The notes under the pieces: model-generated | What the model saw: the letters and a program-made list of their open reading frames with translations, nothing else | Told to the model about the DNA's origin: nothing | Database searches by the model: none | Program-made: the position numbers and the translations under genes | Assembly: GCF_000698785.1 (NCBI RefSeq) | Contig: NZ_CP007536.1 | Location: 480,001 to 512,000, forward strand | Length of the DNA: 32,000 nucleotides | Source: Nitrososphaera viennensis EN76 | GTDB lineage: Archaea > Thermoproteota > Nitrososphaeria > Nitrososphaerales > Nitrososphaeraceae | Direction: 5' to 3' | Shown here: positions 1 through 8,378 of the stretch, one piece after another | How the letters are laid out: each line of letters starts with the position of its first letter | Position numbering within the stretch: position 1 is the stretch's first letter

Positions 1-336
1 GCAGAACTTGACGCAATGACTCGCGAAATGGGAGTGAGGATAGACCCGCAGGTCACGACTGACGTCCACCGCGTTTTTCGCATGCCCGGCACGCTCAACA
101 GCAAGAGCGGTCTTGCAAAGGTCAGGGTCAGCGACATAGAATCGTTTGACCCGTTTACCGACGCCTGCCTGCTTGGCGACGCAAAAGTAAAGGTGAGGCT
201 AAAGGCGCACGCCAAGGTCCGGCTAAAGGGCGAAAACTACAACATCTCCAAGGAAACGGCCGAGCTTCCAGCGTACGCGGCCGTGTATTTCATCTGCAAG
301 GGCCTTGCAGAGGCAGCAGCAACAACGGCAACCTGA
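1..336 (+). CDS. priS: DNA primase small (catalytic) subunit PriS, C-terminal part; the gene begins upstream of the window
   Basis: The frame is open from nt 1 (AELDA precedes the first Met of ORF 16..336). The segment DVHRVFRMPGTLNSKSGL matches the conserved R-x-PG-[ST]-L-[HN]-x-K-[ST]-GL segment of archaeo-eukaryotic primase small subunits. Confidence 0.65.
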   Translation, partial: AELDAMTREMGVRIDPQVTTDVHRVFRMPGTLNSKSGLAKVRVSDIESFDPFTDACLLGDAKVKVRLKAHAKVRLKGENYNISKETAELPAYAAVYFICKGLAEAAATTAT

Positions 337-375
337 CAACACATTATAAGACCCGGGCGCGTACTTCACAATTGC

Positions 376-3306
376 TTGTGGGACACGTACAGCAGTGGTG
401 AGGACAAGGCGCCCCGCGCCGACGTCGGCAGGCTCGTCAAGTGGGGCATCCTTGCAGCGATGGGCATCGTGATATTCACGGTAGCCAGCAACCAGGCAGT
501 CAACCTGCTCCTCAACCTGTCTGAATTCGGAGACGTCTACTCAAAGACGCTCTACTACTCCATCATCTCCGGGCTTGCACTTGCCGCAATAGCGCTTGTG
601 CGCGTAAACGCCGCAAGCAGGCACTCCATAGTATGGTACGCAGTCAGCCTGATAGTCCGGTTCGTCAAGAGAAACGACTTTGAGGCGCTGTCAAAGCCGG
701 CCCGTTATTCTGACTTTCACATGAGCCCGCTCAGCTTTGGGCTGTGGCAGGCCACAAAGGTAGTGGTCCTTGCGCCGCTCTTTGCCAACATGGGCTTTGG
801 CATGGCAATGGCGTACATGGCTGAAGGAAACGACATCGACATTTCAAGCATCGGCTCGATCCTCTCCATCCCGTTTGCCAACGTGCCGGCCGACGGCGCG
901 TTTGCCCGGGAAAACGTCGTCCCGGCGATACCGGCGCTTGCGCTTTTGATGCCTGCGCTCATAAGCGCAGTCGGGGTGCGGCTGCTCGTCTACGTGGGCG
1001 TGTCAGGCGCAGTCAATGTCGTGTCGCAGTACATGGTGGATGCGGCAGAGCACAAGCCCAAGTTCCTCTCGTACATATCGACAGTCGAGGTGATCGTGGG
1101 CGCAGCCATATTCTGGGCGGGCTTTACCCTCTTTTTCAGCGCAGGCATCGACTTTAACACGAAATACCTGATAGCCGGCGCCCTTGCGCTTGGCGCGGCG
1201 CTCATCCTGTACGGGTTTATGGACAAAAGGCGCGCCCGCGTGATCATCTACCCGCCAAGAAGGCACGTCTACATGCGCCTTGTGACGGTCGCCGCGGTCG
1301 TGGCAATCGTAGGCTCGATAGTCGCGGTGAACACGAGCATAGCAGAGGCAAAAAAGGTCGAGTGGCGCGGGCCGTACATCGCGCAGGAAATTGCGGTCAA
1401 CCGCAACATTGCAGAACTTGACCAGGTAAGCGTCGTGAACTATGACGTCAAGCCGCCGTCGGTTGCGCCGGCAAACATACCGCAGATGGTAAACGCCAAC
1501 CGCGACACCCTGAACAACATACGGCTGTGGGACAAGGATGCGGCAAGCCAGAAACTAAAGCCGGAGCTGGGCCAGAGAAACGACATCGCCTTTGCCGACA
1601 CGGACATGCTGCGCTTTTCCGGCACGATGTACTGGACGGGAACGACCACCCCGAAACTGCCAGACACGGTCGCGCAGGGGACGGAGTGGTTCAACCAGCA
1701 CCTTGTATACACGCACGCAATCCCGGGGTTCAAGATGCTTGAAGCCGACACTGGAAGCATCGTCAACGAAGACAAGTTCTTGCCCCAGGAGCGTATCTAC
1801 TATGGCGAAAGCGGAAGCGAAGGGCTGTTCTCCCGCAGCTGGTCAGCGTACCCCGTCGGAAGGTCCACAAGCGACGAGATATCCCAGTTCTTTTACAACG
1901 GCACAGGAGGCATCGACGTGTCCCCTCCTGTCAGCTGGATGTTTGAGCCAAACTTTATGCTGTCGTACCCGGACACCCCGATCCACATCATGAGGTACAA
2001 GGACATCCACGACAGGATGGGCTTGCTGTACCCGTATTTCGTGTACGACTTTGCGTTCAGCAACGACGACACGGCGGTCGCGCCAGTGTTCCAGAAAGTA
2101 GGGGTGCTCCCGGTCACCGACGGCAAGAACACGTACTGGCTGATGCCGCTTGTAGTTGCGCTTGACACGTCGCACGTGCCCTGGGGATCGCCTTTCATGC
2201 TAAAGCTTGTGGGCTACTCGCTGATCGACACGTACAACGGCGACTCGAAGATAATAGTGACTGGAAACGACAAGTTCTCGGACATGTTCTACGACCAGTA
2301 CAAGGACCTTGGCGCCACCCGCGACGTCCCGCAGTGGCTTGACCAGCAGATCCGCTATCCAGAGGAGATGTTCATCTGGAAGATAGCAAAATTCAACCGC
2401 TACCACGTCACCGACCCCAAGGCGTTCATCGAGGCAAGGCAGTTCTACGACATACCAAAGGACGGCTCAAAGGACATACCGCCCTACTACATCATGACCA
2501 AGCCGCAGGGCTTTGACAGTGCGCAGTTTGTGGGATTCCAGTCGCTGGAGCTGAGCGGCTCGTCCACAAAGAACCTCGTCGGCTACATGATAGTGGAAAA
2601 CGACCTGCCGACGCTCGGCAAGATGACCTTCTACTCAGTCCCGTTTGACTCGGCGACAAAGCTGATAGGCCCCTCGGCTGCCCGGGAGGCGCTTGAAAAA
2701 GACAGGGAATACAAGAACGTCAAGACGCTCTTGCAGGGCAGCTCCAGGGTCGGCGAGAACATACTGTACAGGATAGGCGACCAGGAAGTGTATTTCATAC
2801 CCGTATACACTTCAAACACTTCGGGAGGAGTCGTGTCGCAGATAGGCACCATTGCCGCAGTCGGCGCGTCTGTCACGGGCACGTTCAACGTGGGGCTTGG
2901 GGACAACCCCGTGCAGGCCTTTGAGAACTATTTGCTCAAGGCTGCAGGGCAGCAGCCCACTGAAGTCACGCCCGGCCGGGGGACGGACGGCACGCCGGCG
3001 CCAACAACTCTGGACGTGCAGGACAGGATAGACGCCATAGAGCGCGTCTTTTCTGAGGCCGGCTTGCAGGTGGTAAAGCCGACTGCCATCTCGTCGCCTC
3101 TTGAATTCAGAGAAGCAGGAGCCACGTACAAGGCCGAGACGGACTTTAAGTTTGTTGAGGAGGCGATAGCCAGGTTCATGCAGGACAACCCGCCGGACAA
3201 CGGCAGGGTGTACGAGTGGCAGGACGGGAACAAAGTAAACTTTGGCGTGCTCAAGGTATCCGGCGGAATCGTCGAGAACCACTACATTGCAATCGAGGTA
3301 AGTTGA
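376..3306 (+). CDS. UPF0182 family large polytopic membrane protein (976 aa), TTG start
   Basis: Multi-TM N-terminal third followed by a large soluble region. The C-terminal block NLVGYMIVENDLPTLGKMTFYSVPFDSATKLIGPSAAREALEKD...VGENILYRIGDQEVYFIPVYT fits the conserved UPF0182 signature as I remember it. A TATA-like cattataag lies ~27 nt upstream of the start. Confidence 0.75.
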   Translation: MWDTYSSGEDKAPRADVGRLVKWGILAAMGIVIFTVASNQAVNLLLNLSEFGDVYSKTLYYSIISGLALAAIALVRVNAASRHSIVWYAVSLIVRFVKRNDFEALSKPARYSDFHMSPLSFGLWQATKVVVLAPLFANMGFGMAMAYMAEGNDIDISSIGSILSIPFANVPADGAFARENVVPAIPALALLMPALISAVGVRLLVYVGVSGAVNVVSQYMVDAAEHKPKFLSYISTVEVIVGAAIFWAGFTLFFSAGIDFNTKYLIAGALALGAALILYGFMDKRRARVIIYPPRRHVYMRLVTVAAVVAIVGSIVAVNTSIAEAKKVEWRGPYIAQEIAVNRNIAELDQVSVVNYDVKPPSVAPANIPQMVNANRDTLNNIRLWDKDAASQKLKPELGQRNDIAFADTDMLRFSGTMYWTGTTTPKLPDTVAQGTEWFNQHLVYTHAIPGFKMLEADTGSIVNEDKFLPQERIYYGESGSEGLFSRSWSAYPVGRSTSDEISQFFYNGTGGIDVSPPVSWMFEPNFMLSYPDTPIHIMRYKDIHDRMGLLYPYFVYDFAFSNDDTAVAPVFQKVGVLPVTDGKNTYWLMPLVVALDTSHVPWGSPFMLKLVGYSLIDTYNGDSKIIVTGNDKFSDMFYDQYKDLGATRDVPQWLDQQIRYPEEMFIWKIAKFNRYHVTDPKAFIEARQFYDIPKDGSKDIPPYYIMTKPQGFDSAQFVGFQSLELSGSSTKNLVGYMIVENDLPTLGKMTFYSVPFDSATKLIGPSAAREALEKDREYKNVKTLLQGSSRVGENILYRIGDQEVYFIPVYTSNTSGGVVSQIGTIAAVGASVTGTFNVGLGDNPVQAFENYLLKAAGQQPTEVTPGRGTDGTPAPTTLDVQDRIDAIERVFSEAGLQVVKPTAISSPLEFREAGATYKAETDFKFVEEAIARFMQDNPPDNGRVYEWQDGNKVNFGVLKVSGGIVENHYIAIEVS

Positions 3307-3310
3307 TGCC

Positions 3311-3871
3311 GTGTCGCCAACGCTAGTGGTAGACAACCTGTCACCGTTTACGCCAGACATCCTTGCGTGCCTTGACAAGCTCGGCGCGGCGCACACCTAC
3401 AGGAAATATTCAGAGGTGACGCAAGACGACCTTGAAAAATGCAAAAGGGTCATCCTGTCTGGAAGGCGCAGAAACGACCAGGCCGTGAACGCTGCAAACT
3501 CGCGGATAGTGAGGCACTGCCACGATAACGATGTTCCGCTGCTTGGCATATGCTACGGCGCAGAGATAATCGCGCTGACGCTTGGTGGCTCGATACGCAG
3601 GATGCCCTCGCATGTGCACGAGCAGATCGAGATCGCTACATTGCCAAGCCCGCTCGTCCCTTCAAAGGACAAGATATCGGTGTACGAAAGCCACGGCTTT
3701 TGCATAGCCCGCCTGCCGGAAGGCTTTGTGCGCCTTGCAGGGTCAAAATACTGCGAGCACGAGATTTTTGCGCACAGGACAAAAAAGATCTACGGCACCC
3801 AGTTCCACCCGGAAAAGAGCGGGCCTGACGGCCTTGACCTCCTTGAAGAGTTCGCAAAGATTACATTATAA
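3311..3871 (+). CDS. Class I (triad) glutamine amidotransferase-like protein, GuaA-subunit-A-sized (186 aa), GTG start
   Basis: Nucleophile elbow LLGICYGAEIIA and the C-terminal His/Glu motif YGTQFHPE are present. The start is 4 nt after the UPF0182 stop, which looks like an operon. Confidence 0.7.
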   Translation: MSPTLVVDNLSPFTPDILACLDKLGAAHTYRKYSEVTQDDLEKCKRVILSGRRRNDQAVNAANSRIVRHCHDNDVPLLGICYGAEIIALTLGGSIRRMPSHVHEQIEIATLPSPLVPSKDKISVYESHGFCIARLPEGFVRLAGSKYCEHEIFAHRTKKIYGTQFHPEKSGPDGLDLLEEFAKITL

Positions 3872-3904
3872 CAACAGCAGAAGGATTTATTTGCCCTGCA
3901 AGGG

Positions 3905-4876
3905 TTGGCACAAGGCAGTAGTTTGGAGTCTTCGCAGCCCGAGCATTTCATTTCGCTTCCGCTTGTGAGCAAGAGCGAGGAAAGCCCGCGGCTTCCGCTT
4001 GCCATCAACGTCGTTGCAAAATACTGGGGCGAGGACCTATCGACAGCAACAGAAGAATCGTCGCAGGGCCACGCGCCAAGGGGCACGGTCATGATAGGCG
4101 GAATAGAGCTTGCAGAAAGGCACGGGCTTGCATGCTATGTTTTCAAGGGCTCGCTAAAAGATGTCAAAAAAAGAATAGACCAGGGCATACCCCCGATAGT
4201 CGTGATGCCGGGCATCCACGATATCGCCCAGCACGCAACGGTGGTTTCGGGGTACGACCTTGACGAGCGCAGGATCCTGACATATGTGCCAGAGCCGGAC
4301 ACGATAGGCGCAATCCCGGAGCAAAAGTTCGAGCAGGACTGGGAGCAGGACGACATGACAGAGATTGTCCTGATCCCTGCAGACATGAAGGACCTCATGA
4401 AAAACGAGGACCTGAAATTTTCAAAATCCAACAGGGCATGCTTTGAGGCAGAGCGGCTCAGGCAGGAAGGCAGGACAGAAAAGGCGGTGGAGAGACTGCG
4501 GCAGGCAGCCGAGGCAGACCCGGAAAACGCGCAGGCGTGGTCGCAGCTTGCAGGCATCTACAACGAGCAGGGCTCCGACCAGGCGGTGCCGTGCTACGAG
4601 CGCGCCATCAGGATTAACCCGCGCTACTACCTTGCGTACAGGGGCCTTGGCAACTATTACCTGAAAAAGAAGGACTATTCCCTTGCAGAGGCATACTATA
4701 CAAAAGCAATTGGCATCAGCTCTTCGCGCTATGGCCCGATATACAAGAACAGGGCGGTGGCAAGGATGCAGAACGGCAACAACGCCGGCGCCAAGGAAGA
4801 CCTGGCAAAATACCTTGAGCAGACGCCGGGCGCTGCGGATAGAGAGAGCATCAAAGAGGCAATAGCCCAGCTCTAA
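3905..4876 (+). CDS. Peptidase C39-like domain protein with C-terminal TPR repeats; the catalytic Cys appears to be missing
   Basis: IPPIVVMPGIHDIAQHATVVSGYD resembles the His region of C39_2 papain-like domains. The C-terminal half has TPR-like repeats (AWSQLAGIYNEQG, AYRGLGNYYLKKKDYSLAEAYYTKAI). There is no Cys in the first ~75 aa, where the nucleophile is expected. Confidence 0.55.
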   Translation: MAQGSSLESSQPEHFISLPLVSKSEESPRLPLAINVVAKYWGEDLSTATEESSQGHAPRGTVMIGGIELAERHGLACYVFKGSLKDVKKRIDQGIPPIVVMPGIHDIAQHATVVSGYDLDERRILTYVPEPDTIGAIPEQKFEQDWEQDDMTEIVLIPADMKDLMKNEDLKFSKSNRACFEAERLRQEGRTEKAVERLRQAAEADPENAQAWSQLAGIYNEQGSDQAVPCYERAIRINPRYYLAYRGLGNYYLKKKDYSLAEAYYTKAIGISSSRYGPIYKNRAVARMQNGNNAGAKEDLAKYLEQTPGAADRESIKEAIAQL

Positions 4877-5250
4877 GAGGATACTTCATAAAACGTCTCT
4901 ACCCGCGGAGGCTCGGACACTATTTCCTGCAACTTTTGCGGGAGCGCCAGAATGTACGGTTTGGCCGAGTGCTCTTTCAGGGCCTGCATGTTTACCCAGA
5001 TCTCGTCAAATACAAAATGGCGATTGTCGTTTGCATCCTGGTGCAGGATGTATGCTATGCACCCCGGCTCGGCCCGGGTGGGCTCCACAAGCGACGCAAG
5101 GATTTGTTTTAGCGCTTCATGTTTTCCCGGCTTTGCCCTGAAAGAGGCAATGACGCGGACAGAGTCGCCAGTCACGAGCTTGTATTTTTCCGGGTCTGTC
5201 GTCGGCTTCAACGATGTTGCGACAAAAAGCAGATTTTTATCCTTTCTCAT
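4873..5250 (-). CDS. ABM (antibiotic-biosynthesis-monooxygenase-like, YgiN-type) domain protein
   Basis: VIASFRAKPGKHEALKQILASLVEPTRAEPGCIAYILHQDANDNRHFVFDEIWVNMQALKEH follows the typical ABM ferredoxin-like pattern. It is convergent with the TPR gene and overlaps it by 4 nt. Confidence 0.7.
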   Translation of the reverse strand: MRKDKNLLFVATSLKPTTDPEKYKLVTGDSVRVIASFRAKPGKHEALKQILASLVEPTRAEPGCIAYILHQDANDNRHFVFDEIWVNMQALKEHSAKPYILALPQKLQEIVSEPPRVETFYEVSS

Positions 5251-5471
5251 CCCGACATCGGCCTGTTCATCAGCTTACAAAGATGACGAGGATGTCAGTG
5301 GCAGCGGCAAACGACAAGGACTTTAGTACAATCTCTTTCATGTTGGGTGAAAATGGAAAGGTATGAGCTACTAGACTCAAATCACTACAGGCCTGAGTAT
5401 ACACGTCGACTGTCTGACTCATTATGAGATTAGTAGTAAGAGCGAGGCTCCCAACTGAAGCAGGAAATAGG

Positions 5472-5716
5472 ATGGTCAAAGACCGAACTTTCTTTCCAAT
5501 CTGGAAAATTACATCAAGACAAACAACGTCGAGAATTCATACTTTCTTGAACTGAACGGTGAACGGACCATGGTGTTTGTACTGGACCTGCCAAGCACTG
5601 ACAGGATACCTGCTATCGCAGAGCCCTTATTCCAGCTAGGAGCGACGGTTGAGCTTCACCCCACAATGAACATCGATGACTTGAAGAAGGCCATTCAGAA
5701 CTTGCCAAAGCAGTAG
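5472..5716 (+). pseudogene. Frameshifted and possibly 5'-truncated remnant of a small conserved protein
   Basis: ATG at 5472 opens MVKDRTFFPIWKI..., which terminates after 27 codons. The adjacent frame is open from 5471 and reads ...NLENYIKTNNVENSYFLELNGERTMVFVLDLPSTDRIPAIAEPLFQLGATVELHPTMNIDDLKKAIQNLPKQ*. That reads protein-like but has no usable start codon. Confidence 0.3.
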
Positions 5717-5827
5717 AGTGAGACTATTCGTCTACTTTCCTTTTTTTGTCATTCATGCTGCAGGATGACATGTAGGAAGAATTATTATTGCAACAACAAA
5801 ATACTTCATGACCCAAGGAAATCAAGG

Positions 5828-5835
5828 TTATATAG
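5828..5835 (+). promoter_or_regulatory. TATA-like box (TTATATAG) ~30 nt upstream of the 5863 ATG
   Basis: The spacing fits an archaeal TATA-to-TSS distance with a leaderless or short-leader mRNA. Confidence 0.3.
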
Positions 5836-5862
5836 TTGAAATACTACTAATAGGAAATTGCT

Positions 5863-6039
5863 ATGTCTCCTCAAATCAGGCCCATAGCAAATAGAAAACA
5901 CAAACCAACTCCAAACTGCGAGAAATGTCCGGAATCCGCAACGACGGAGGTTTTATACGAAATCGAAAATTGTATAGCAATTCGCAGGTATTGTGATGAC
6001 TGTTTGCGGAGTGAAGAGATTGAAATTCCGATGCGCTGA
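5863..6039 (+). CDS. Small Cys-rich zinc-ribbon-like protein, 58 aa (below the 60-aa cutoff of the ORF track)
   Basis: My translation is MSPQIRPIANRKHKPTPNCEKCPESATTEVLYEIENCIAIRRYCDDCLRSEEIEIPMR*. It has the same length and the same C-x2-C-x14-C-x6-C-x2-C pattern as the ORF at 6239..6415, and a TATA-like box upstream. Confidence 0.45.
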   Translation: MSPQIRPIANRKHKPTPNCEKCPESATTEVLYEIENCIAIRRYCDDCLRSEEIEIPMR

Positions 6040-6209
6040 TGCGTTTCGGTGTCAATTTCTCCCTTCCTCCCTTCATTTTTTCGCAAGTCTACGGTTTTGA
6101 CGATTAAATCTGAGTTTGGAGCAGCCCAAGATAAGCCAGCTGGTACCCCGGGGAGAGACTCTGGAATAAGACAGGATAGCAAGCCCTACTAAGCTAAATT
6201 AAGCCGTGT

Positions 6210-6217
6210 CTATATAC
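6210..6217 (+). promoter_or_regulatory. TATA-like box (CTATATAC) ~26 nt upstream of the 6239 ATG
   Basis: Same arrangement as upstream of the paralog at 5863. Confidence 0.3.
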
Positions 6218-6238
6218 TCGACAAATGACTTATGTATA

Positions 6239-6415
6239 ATGTCAAAACCATTCCGAACAACACCGATACAACTGAAAAGAAACCAGGATGCAGTATACTG
6301 CGGTATCTGCTCAGCGACAGCGACAACCAACGCATTTTTTCAGCTGGAAGGCTGTGTAGTCATTCAGAAGTACTGTGACAAGTGTCTGCCTAATGCAGAC
6401 TATGAGGTTCCTTGA
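6239..6415 (+). CDS. Small Cys-rich zinc-ribbon-like protein, 58 aa, paralog of 5863..6039
   Basis: This is the in-frame ATG within track ORF 6206..6415. The sequence MSKPFRTTPIQLKRNQDAVYCGICSATATTNAFFQLEGCVVIQKYCDKCLPNADYEVP aligns with the upstream ORF (C..C....ATT......E.C..I..YCD.CL.....E.P). Confidence 0.5.
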   Translation: MSKPFRTTPIQLKRNQDAVYCGICSATATTNAFFQLEGCVVIQKYCDKCLPNADYEVP

Positions 6416-6451
6416 AAAAAGTTAAGCCCCCTCCTCCTGCAGCATGGAACG

Positions 6452-6724
6452 TTAGCGGTTCAAAGTAGATTTTGATTCTTCTTCGTATTTTTGACCTAGA
6501 CCGCAGTACGCCAATCGGTAATCCTGTAGCATTGCCTGCTTCAAATTCTCTGCTAATTCTGCCATCTCCTTCTTATCATTAAGTTCTGTTTTATTCCTAG
6601 GATCGACTCCCAGAGAGCGCAAGTCAACAATCTCGTACTCCTCTTTCTGCTCGTAAATGGCTGCCAGACGTGGTCCCCTGTCGAGTACCCGTGCTGATAG
6701 CTGATAAGAGTTGCTGAACCAATG
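6452..6724 (-). pseudogene. Open frame of 90 codons lacking an upstream start; possible gene remnant
   Basis: The minus-strand frame reads ...VLDRGPRLAAIYEQKEEYEIVDLRSLGVDPRNKTELNDKKEMAELAENLKQAMLQDYRLAYCGLGQKYEEESKSTLNR*. The only candidate starts are an internal TTG (56 aa) or ATG (~37 aa). Confidence 0.2.
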
Positions 6725-6805
6725 TTAAGGACTGATTAATGAATGATTCCACACCGACTTGTCAGACCTGTGAGCACTTTGGTGAAAGGGAGGCATGGAT
6801 TTGGT

Positions 6806-6994
6806 TCAATCAAAGTAGTTGCTCATGGTATTGGTGTCAATCTTTCCATTGCCTTTACATGTATTACAAGTCGTGGTATCCGTACCAATTAGGACATAAC
6901 CTCTACCCTTACAGTTTTGAGATTTTTCTTTTTCCAGAGGCTTGACATGGAAATGAGCCCGATATTTGATTGTGTGGCTGCGGGTATAACCAGG
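6806..6994 (-). pseudogene. Startless open frame with a DnaJ-type CxxCxGxG zinc-finger motif; possible remnant
   Basis: The minus-strand frame reads PGYTRSHTIKYRAHFHVKPLEKEKSQNCKGRGYVLIGTDTTTCNTCKGNGKIDTNTMSNYFD*. CNTCKGNG is a perfect CxxCxGxG. SQNCKGRG is one substitution away from a second copy. The frame contains no ATG, GTG or TTG upstream of the zinc-finger motifs; the only ATG lies 6 codons before the stop. Confidence 0.2.
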
Positions 6995-7137
6995 TTAATC
7001 GAGTTTTTTATAGAATGACGACAAAGAGCAGGTACCTAAAGAACGACTCGCACATGGTCCTGTCTCCATCGTCTGCATCTGCTTCGGAGGACAGGGCCAT
7101 TAATTGTGTAATATTTGAGTTGCTACTCATCTATTGC

Positions 7138-8289
7138 CTATGATCCTCTATGCATCAGGATGTTGATCGCCTGCGCAAACTCTTCCTTTGTCAGTGGCGG
7201 GATGCTGGCGACTTTGAGGTTTTCCCGCACGTGCTTGGGGCTTTTCTGGCCCAAAAGGGGCGCAACGACTGACGGGCTTGAGCGTATCACCTGCACGAGT
7301 TTTGCCACCTTGTTGTTGTCTGCCACTCCTGCATAGTCCGGTATCTGGGCGCGCAAGAGCCTCCCCTGGAACAGGGGCGCGCTTGTGAACACGCCTATCC
7401 CGAGCTTGGCTGCCGCTTCAAGTATCGTCATCGTGTCAGCGCCCACAGTCTGGTTCTTTAGCAAAAGCGCCTCGCTGTAGGCAAGGTTGTACGGGAGCTG
7501 GATGAACCTAAAGCCGTGGTTACTACCACCCGCCTCGCGCGCTATCCTGACTGCGTCTTCAAGCGAAAAATGCTCCCTTTCGCCCTTTGGGACCCGAAAG
7601 CACGTCCAGGTGGCCATGCCATAGTAGCGCAGTTTTCCTGCCTTGCGATACCTTTCATATAATTCAAAAACTTTGGCGAGCATTTCTGCAAACGCCTTTC
7701 TGTCTACGTCCTCGTGCCAGCTTTCAAACGCGTTGTGGACGTAGACAAGGTCGATGGTTGAAAGGTGCATGTTTGCAAGCGATTTTTCGATGCACTTGGC
7801 AAGGTAGTTCGGGTTCATTACGTTGTAGCCGGAGCTGATGTCGTCCGCGGTCATGACGTCGGTGGCGATGTACATCCTGTGCAGGTATTCCATCACGTCG
7901 ACGTTTGGAAAGTCGCCGTCGTTTGTGATGTAGCCGTTCTTGGTAGATATGAAAATCTGGTCGCGAGATATCTTGCCCTCGCTTGCAAGGCGCAAGAGCG
8001 CCCGGCCGATGCTTTTTTCCGATTTCATGGCGCGGTAGTTTATCGCGGTGTCAATGACGTTTATCGCGCCGGACATCACAGACTCGTACACGGCGTTTTC
8101 CACCGCGACGTCGTCCTCCTTTGTCAGGTCGCCAAGGTACGTCCCCATGCCGATGCTTGACAGATGCAGGCCTTCAAACTCGCGGAAATGCTCGGCGGGC
8201 AGGCCCTTTTTTGATGTGCCATAGCCTGCATACTTTTTCGTCCCTTCCGGCGTGGCGTGGCCGTCTATTACCTTGAAATCAGATGACAC
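7138..8289 (-). CDS. Aldo/keto reductase family oxidoreductase (start uncertain; the ORF is open to 8445)
   Basis: Typical AKR blocks are present: LSSIGMGTYLG, INVIDTAINYR, SRDQIFISTKNG, IDLVYVHN, IRYYGMATW, FIQLPYNL. The extension to 8445 (MRAAQPLGPEARTG...) is low-complexity and overlaps the divergent gene at 8379. GTG at 8289 is my preferred start. Confidence 0.75.
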   Translation of the reverse strand: MSSDFKVIDGHATPEGTKKYAGYGTSKKGLPAEHFREFEGLHLSSIGMGTYLGDLTKEDDVAVENAVYESVMSGAINVIDTAINYRAMKSEKSIGRALLRLASEGKISRDQIFISTKNGYITNDGDFPNVDVMEYLHRMYIATDVMTADDISSGYNVMNPNYLAKCIEKSLANMHLSTIDLVYVHNAFESWHEDVDRKAFAEMLAKVFELYERYRKAGKLRYYGMATWTCFRVPKGEREHFSLEDAVRIAREAGGSNHGFRFIQLPYNLAYSEALLLKNQTVGADTMTILEAAAKLGIGVFTSAPLFQGRLLRAQIPDYAGVADNNKVAKLVQVIRSSPSVVAPLLGQKSPKHVRENLKVASIPPLTKEEFAQAINILMHRGS

Positions 8290-8378
8290 GCACTTGCGAT
8301 CGCCTGTGGCAATAATAAACGCTCCCTTGAAGGGAGCAACCCTTATCTTGACAATTGAGCTAGTACAGAGCGCACCAT

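Noticed and set aside
6739-6945. 68-aa plus-strand ORF rich in W/Y/C
   Set aside because: The composition is odd and there is no motif. The opposite strand carries a more protein-like, though startless, frame with CxxCxGxG.
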